Origin: Ranitomeya imitator
Lineage: Eukaryota
DNA: 64,000 bases
Direction: 5' to 3'
Assembly (NCBI RefSeq): GCF_032444005.1
Contig: NC_091285.1
Coordinates: 13,268,001 to 13,332,000, forward strand
Shown here: in pieces, positions 58,046-64,000 of the stretch
How positions within the stretch are numbered: the stretch's first letter is position 1
Layout: each line of letters starts with the position of its first letter
Position numbers and translations under genes: made by a program
Notes under the pieces: generated by a model
What the model was told of the DNA's origin: nothing
The model's input: only the letters and a program-made list of their open reading frames with translations
Database searches by the model: none

Positions 58046-58718
58046 GCAGTGTGGGCACCATATCCCTGTTAAAAAAAATAATTAAAATAAAAAATAGTTA
58101 TATACTCACCCGCCGGGATCCACCAAAGCTGTCCCGATGCACGCGATGCTTCCGCCATCTTCCATTCCCAGGATGCATTGCGAAATTACCCAGATGACTT
58201 AGTGGTCTCGCGATCTGATCGTCGCGTGCATGTAGCAGAGCCGATTGGATTGTGGCAGCTTCTAGTCTCCCATGTAGACTATTGAATCATGTCAAAAGTG
58301 AAAAAAAAGGTTATCAAGAAAAATATAAAAATTAAAATCAACCCCCTTCGCCCCATTCAAAATAAAACAATAAAAAAACAAAGTAAAAAAGTAAAACATA
58401 AAACAACTGTGGGATTGCACTTTTTTGAAATTTCACCACGCATTTTTGAGAACAGGATATGTTAAGACCAATGTTTTTGTTCAAAAGTACAACTCATCCC
58501 GCAAAACAACAAGCCCTCACATAGCCATATTGACAGAAAAAAATAAAAATAATGTATGGCTCTGGGAAGTAGGGGAGCAAAAAACACAAAACCAAAAATA
58601 CCTCCGGACATGAAGGGGTTAATATCCTACATAGCTTAGTATCGTCTGCAAAGACTCACACTTCACGCTCAATCCCACCCACAAGGTCTTTAATAAAGAG
58701 GTTAAGAATTGGCCCCAG

Positions 58719-59450
58719 CACAGATCCCTACGGTGCCCACTGCTCCCAGTACTGATCCCTGCTGTGCCCACTGCTCCCGGTACAGATCCCTACGGTGCCC
58801 ACTGCTCCCAGTACTGATCCCTGCTGTGCCCACTGCTCCTGGTACAGATCCCTACGGTGCCCACTGCTCCCGGTACAGATCCCTGCTGTGCCCACTGCTC
58901 CGGGTACAGATCCCTGCGGTGCCCACTGCTCCCAGTACTGATCCCTGCTGTGCCCACTGCTCCTGGTACAGATCCCTACGGTGCCCACTGCTCCCGGTAC
59001 AGATCCCTGCGGTGCCCACTGCTCCCGGTACAGATCCCTACGGTGCCCACTGCTCCCGGTACAGATCCCTACGGTGCCCACTGCTCCCGATACAGATCCC
59101 TGCTGTGCCCACTGCTCCGGGTACAGATCCCTGCGGTGCCCACTGCTCCCTGTAGAGATCCCCGTGGTGCCCACTGCTCCCTGTACAGATCCCTGCGGTG
59201 CCCACTGCTACCTGTACCGATCCACGTGGTGCCCACTGCTCCCAGTACAGATCCCTGCGGTGCCCACTGCTCCCAGTACAGATCCCTGCGGTGCCAACTG
59301 CTCCCAGTACAGATCCCTGCTGTGCCAACTGCTCCCAGTATAAATCCCTGTGGTGCCCACTGCTCCCAGTATAAATCCCTGTGGTGCCCACTGCTCCCAG
59401 TATAAATCCCTATGGTGCCCACTGCTCCCAGTATAAATCCCTATGGTCCC
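58719..59450. repeat. 31-bp tandem minisatellite, roughly 23 units
   Basis: Unit GTGCCCACTGCTCCCGGTACAGATCCCTGCG. Confidence 0.92.
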
Positions 59451-59715
59451 CATTGCTGACTATATCCCATTTAGAAAACACACCATTTACAACGACTCTT
59501 TGTTTCTTCCTGTCATTTATCCAGTTCCTTACCCATCTGCATATAGTTTCCCCCAGTCCTTCTGTAACTTCAGTATAAGGCTACTTTCACACATCAGGTT
59601 TTTGTTTACAGGCTAAATCCGGCTAATGTTTAAAAAAACGGATCCGACCTAAATTGCGAAAAACTGATGCGCCGTATCCATTTTTTAGCTGGATCCGGTC
59701 CTCTTCAATGCACAT

Positions 59716-59857
59716 NNNNNNNNNNNNNNNNNNNNNNNNNNNNNNNNNNNNNNNNNNNNNNNNNNNNNNNNNNNNNNNNNNNNNNNNNNNNNNNNNNNNN
59801 NNNNNNNNNNNNNNNNNNNNNNNNNNNNNNNNNNNNNNNNNNNNNNNNNNNNNNNNN
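59716..59857. other. Assembly gap (N run)
   Basis: 142 N, flanked by two different MITE halves. Confidence 0.99.
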
Positions 59858-60204
59858 TCACACTTTGCGGATTCCACTGTGGATTTTTCCGCAGCAGAAT
59901 TCCAAAATCCGCAGTGAAAACCCGTCGCGGTTTTTACTGCGGATTTATCGCGGTTTTTACTGCAGTTTCTTCTGCGGATTTTCATCTGCAGTTTCCTATT
60001 GGAGCAGGTGAAAATCCGCAGAAAAGAAGTGACATGCTGCGGAATGTAATCCGCAGCGTTTCCACATGTTTTTTTCCGCAGCATGTGCACTGCGTTTTTT
60101 GTTTCCCATAGGTTTACATTGTACTGTAAACTCATGGGAAACTGCTGCAGATCCGCAGTGGTCAAATCCGCTGCGGATCCGCAGCAAAATCCGCAAAGTG
60201 TGAA

Positions 60205-60345
60205 CATAGCCAGGCTGTTATGTTGTACAGTAGCAAATGCCTTTATAAAGTCCAGATAAATCACATCAGCCGCATTACCAACATCCAGACTTGCACTGAC
60301 CTCCTCATAGAAACCCAACATGTTAGACGACTTCATGAATCCGTG
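60205..60345 (-). mobile_element. CR1 LINE RT fragment
   Basis: LGFYEEVSASLDVGNAADVIYLDFIKAFATVQH, the CR1 LDFxKAFDxVxH motif. Confidence 0.75.
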
Positions 60346-61505
60346 CTGGTTGTCAGTTATTATATTATTATCTGCAGTTATCTGTTATAACGCCCTCATA
60401 TATGCCACACTACTGATGTCAGGCTTACCGGACAGTGGTTACCTGATTCACCTTCTTACCTTTCTTAAATATTGTTACCCCATGAGCCTCCTCCAATCCG
60501 GAGGCGCAGATCCTGCATCACAAGAACGCAGACAGCAAGTAAAAAAAAAGGTGGATTTAGCATCCAGTAATGATCAAGTTGCTTTCTTACAGAATCATAA
60601 ATACAAAAACCGCAGCAATGTGTCGAGCCCTAGTATAGGTCTGGGTGTTTTATCTGCAGGTTGATGGACAGCAGTAATCGAGCAGATAAAGGTAGTGGCT
60701 TTAGATTATATTGGAAAAAACTGGCGACAGGTTCCATTGAAAGTCGTTACCTCTATTTTCTTTATAAAGCAGCCAGAAATAAACTCAAAAGCCCAGATTT
60801 ATGAAAGTTCTGCTCAAATGGGCGAGATATGGCTAAACCCACCAGTGCAATTTATGAAAATTCAACATAAATTACCCACGTAACCCTTGGGCTATGTTCA
60901 CATGTTACGTTGTTGCAGTGTATTTTTGCAGCAATTTTTAACGCAAATTAACAGCAGCTTTCTACGGTTCCACCAAAAGCGATGAGATTTCAGGAATCGG
61001 TCGCGCGCAGGGTCGCGCTTAGTAACCCGATATTTACCCTGGTTACCTAAAAAAAAAAAACACTACATACTTATATTCCGGTGTCTGTCGCGTCCCTCGC
61101 CGTCAGCTTCCCGCACTGACTGTGAGCGCCGGGGTAAATTTCGGGTTACTAAGTGCGGCCCTGCGCTTAGTAACCCAATCTTTACCCTGGTTACCCGGGG
61201 ACCTCGGCATCGTTTGTCGCTGGAGCGCTGTCTGACAGCTCTCCAACGACCACCCAGCGACGCTGCAGCGATCGTTATCGATATCGCTGCAGCGTCGCTT
61301 AATGTGACGGTACCTTTAGGTTAAGATGAGGAGTGCTCATCTTTACGAACCAGTCACCTCTGCATTTGCATACCTGGCTGTCCCAATGTGCTTGTTCATA
61401 CAGTTTAACACGGGCATGAGCCGCCTACTCTATACATTTACCAGTTTTGTCCATAAATTGAACCAGGCTACCAAATGCTGCATTAAGTACGGTATATATT
61501 ATTTA

Positions 61506-61847
61506 GGCTATGTGCACATGTTGCGGATTCTCTGCAGATCAGCAGCGTTTTTTGCGGTGCAGAAATGCTGCAGATCGGCAATTAATTTACAGTACAATGT
61601 AAATCAATGAGGGAAAAAAGCGTGCTTTGCGGAAAATCCGCTGCGGTTTAAAAGAAGTAGCATGTCGCTACTTTTTTGTGAATCTGCAGCGTTTTTGTAC
61701 CCAATCCATTATAGAAAACCGCAGGGCTAAAAAACGCAGCACAAACGCTGCTAAACTGCAACACATCCGCATCTGCGTTTTCTGCCAGGAGAGGCAGAAT
61801 CTGCACCAGAAATTCCTTAGCCTAATCTGCAACGTGTGCACATAGCC
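61506..61847. mobile_element. Harbinger-type MITE
   Basis: TIRs GGCTATGTGCACA / TGTGCACATAGCC with TTA TSD; related MITEs at 59858-60212 and 60890-61320. Confidence 0.75.
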
Positions 61848-62487
61848 TTATTGTATGGATAAAAAAAAGCCAATGTGCTAGTGGACATTGGCTTATTATA
61901 TTGTCAGTGTGCGGTATGTTGCACCCATGGACCTAAAATAAGCTCGTGTGAACATAGCCTTAGACCTCACGCAAACATCTATCTTTCATGTATGTGGTTT
62001 TTTTTTGTTTTTTTTAACCTGCAAGGGTATGTACAGACTATCAATAAACGCTGCGGATTGGACGCTGCGTACTTGCACAGCGTCTAACCCACAGCAGCAA
62101 GCTGTTACAGCATAGTAGATGGGACTTCAAGCCCATATCCACTCTGCATCCGCAGACGCCAGCGGAGACGGACATGCGGCTCGTCTCCAAGAGAAATTTC
62201 ACCAGTAGAATGTATTGGACTAGGCTAATCTGCACGGTTCAGTGATAACAAGTGGATTAGACGGCAGTGCTTTGGACGGAGCGAACATGCACTACATCCA
62301 AAACACTGCCACTTCTAGATCATGCGCACCTGGCCTAAGAACATCTGAATGAGTATAATTAGATTCTAGCTTGATTTCTTGGAGGCTTATAGCAAACTTC
62401 GCCTTGTATCATAAACAGATATTGCACCCACTTGTGACAAACTTTACTGACCAACTTTACTTTAATTTCTTCTTTCTGCTCTCAGTG

Positions 62488-63546
62488 ATGGCGTCTGCAA
62501 GTCATGAAAAGGGACTGGACTGCTCCATCTGTCTGACCGTGTTCAGGGATCCTGTAATGCTGAGATGTGGACACAACTTCTGCCGGGCCTGTATTGATCG
62601 TGTGCTGAATACACAGGACGAGTCTGGAGTTTATTCCTGTCCTGAATGCAGAGAAGAGTTTCCGGAGCGGCCGACACCGGAGAGTAACATCGTTGTTAGT
62701 AACTTATTGGAGAACTTCCTGTCTAATAGGGATGATGCATTAGGCGTCTACACTTACTGTGTGGACTCGTATGTACCTGCCGAAGAGTTGTATCTACACG
62801 GTGAAGCTTCACACAGTACAGGAGCAGAACACGTCCTCCTCACCGATCCCAGTGCTAACCTGGAGAACTGGAGATGTTCTGTCCATAGGAAGATCCTGGA
62901 ACATTACTGCACTGAGGACGCTGCTTGTATCTGCGCCTCCTGCTATCTGACTGGAGAACATCAGGGGCATAAACTGGAGTCTTTAGATGAGGCCTTTCGG
63001 AAAAAGGAGAAATTGAAAAACGTTCTGCAGAAAATTACGACACAGAGAAAGAATGCTGAGGAAAGAGTCTGGATCCTGGGGGAGTGCAAGAGAATGGCTC
63101 ACGAAAAATCAGTCAAAGAAACCAAGAGATTCACTGCCCTGTTTAAAGACATCAAGAGACGGCTGGACAAGCTACAGAAGAAGATCCTGAGTGAGATCTC
63201 CAGGCGGGAAGAGGAAGAGTCACTGTCACTGTCTGCTCTGATCCATCAGCTGGAAATAAAGAAGGACGAGCTGTCCAGGAAGATGAGGCACATTGAGGAG
63301 CTGTGTAACATGGCGGATCCACTGACTGTCTTACAGGAACCAGACACCGGTGACTTGTGTGATCCTGACGAGGGTGGAGATATCCCAGGGGGGCATGAGG
63401 AAGGTGATGAGGACACAGGAGGACATGGAGGTGATCGGAGTGTGGAGCTGATCTCCCACATATCGCGCACATTATATGATCTAATGACTGACTTAAATGT
63501 GACCACCTACAGTGGGGCAAAAAAGTATTTAGTCAGTCAGCAATAG
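62488..63546 (+). CDS. TRIM family RING/B-box/coiled-coil protein, truncated by Tc1
   Basis: C3HC4 RING (CSIC..CGHNFC..C..CPEC), degenerate B-box1, B-box2 (CSVH..C..C..C..H..H) and coiled coil; ATG follows a polypyrimidine/AG acceptor at 62485; the last 12 aa derive from the Tc1 TIR. Confidence 0.85.
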   Translation: MASASHEKGLDCSICLTVFRDPVMLRCGHNFCRACIDRVLNTQDESGVYSCPECREEFPERPTPESNIVVSNLLENFLSNRDDALGVYTYCVDSYVPAEELYLHGEASHSTGAEHVLLTDPSANLENWRCSVHRKILEHYCTEDAACICASCYLTGEHQGHKLESLDEAFRKKEKLKNVLQKITTQRKNAEERVWILGECKRMAHEKSVKETKRFTALFKDIKRRLDKLQKKILSEISRREEEESLSLSALIHQLEIKKDELSRKMRHIEELCNMADPLTVLQEPDTGDLCDPDEGGDIPGGHEEGDEDTGGHGGDRSVELISHISRTLYDLMTDLNVTTYSGAKKYLVSQQ

Positions 63547-64000
63547 TGCAAGTTCCACCACTTAAAAAGATGAGAGGCGTCTGTAATTTACATCATAGGT
63601 AGACCTCAACTATGGGAGACAAACTGAGAAAAAAAAATCCAGAAAATCACATTGTCTGTTTTTTTAACATTTTATTTGCATATTATGGTGGAAAATAAGT
63701 ATTTGGTCAGAAACAAAATTTCATCTCAATACTTTGTAATGTATCCTTTGTTGGCAATGACAGAGGTCAAATGTTTTCTGTAAGTCTTCACAAGGTTGCT
63801 ACACACTGTTGTTGGTATGTTGGCCCATTCCTTCTTGCAGATCTCCTCTAGAGCAGTGATGTTTTTGGCTTTTCGCTTGGCAACACGGACTTTCCACTTC
63901 CTCCAAAGGTTTTCTATAGGGTTGAGATCTGGAGACTGGCTAGGCCACTCCAGGACCTTGAAATGCTTCTTACGAAGCCACTCCTTCGTTGCCCTGGCGG
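63510..64000 (-). mobile_element. Second copy of the Tc1 element (runs off the window)
   Basis: TA at 63508-63509, then a TIR and transposase 3' end nearly identical to 4864-5350. Confidence 0.93.

Noticed and set aside
58719-59450. CRISPR-like appearance of regular ~30-bp repeats
   Set aside because: No unique spacers; eukaryotic tandem repeat
58709-59453. Multiple repetitive Pro/Cys-rich ORFs
   Set aside because: Translations of the 31-bp minisatellite

Overview
Vertebrate genomic DNA, most likely from a frog (inferred from the H2B sequence and the transposon families). The backbone is a replication-dependent histone cluster with 3 intact H4, 4 H2B and 4 H2A genes plus one H4 pseudogene, each intact gene ending in a 3' stem-loop. 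No H3 or H1 is present. Two H4-H2B-H2A units form a ~9 kb tandem repeat. The cluster is heavily invaded by mobile DNA: an intact-ORF Tc1, a 7.4 kb two-gene PIF/Harbinger, L2/CR1 fragments and hAT/piggyBac/Harbinger MITEs. A TRIM gene at the right end is interrupted by a second Tc1. The most striking signal is three separate Penelope-like element (PLE) insertions of 14.8 kb, 0.8 kb and 1.6 kb. Each is a head-to-head fold-back under one 13-16 bp target-site duplication (TSD), with one arm about 50 nt longer, and both arm ends sit at similar distances from the poly(A) signal. The PLE termini carry minimal hammerhead ribozyme motifs, including an atypical UCGUCAA core. All coordinates and alignments were read by eye; no searches or folding programs were run.
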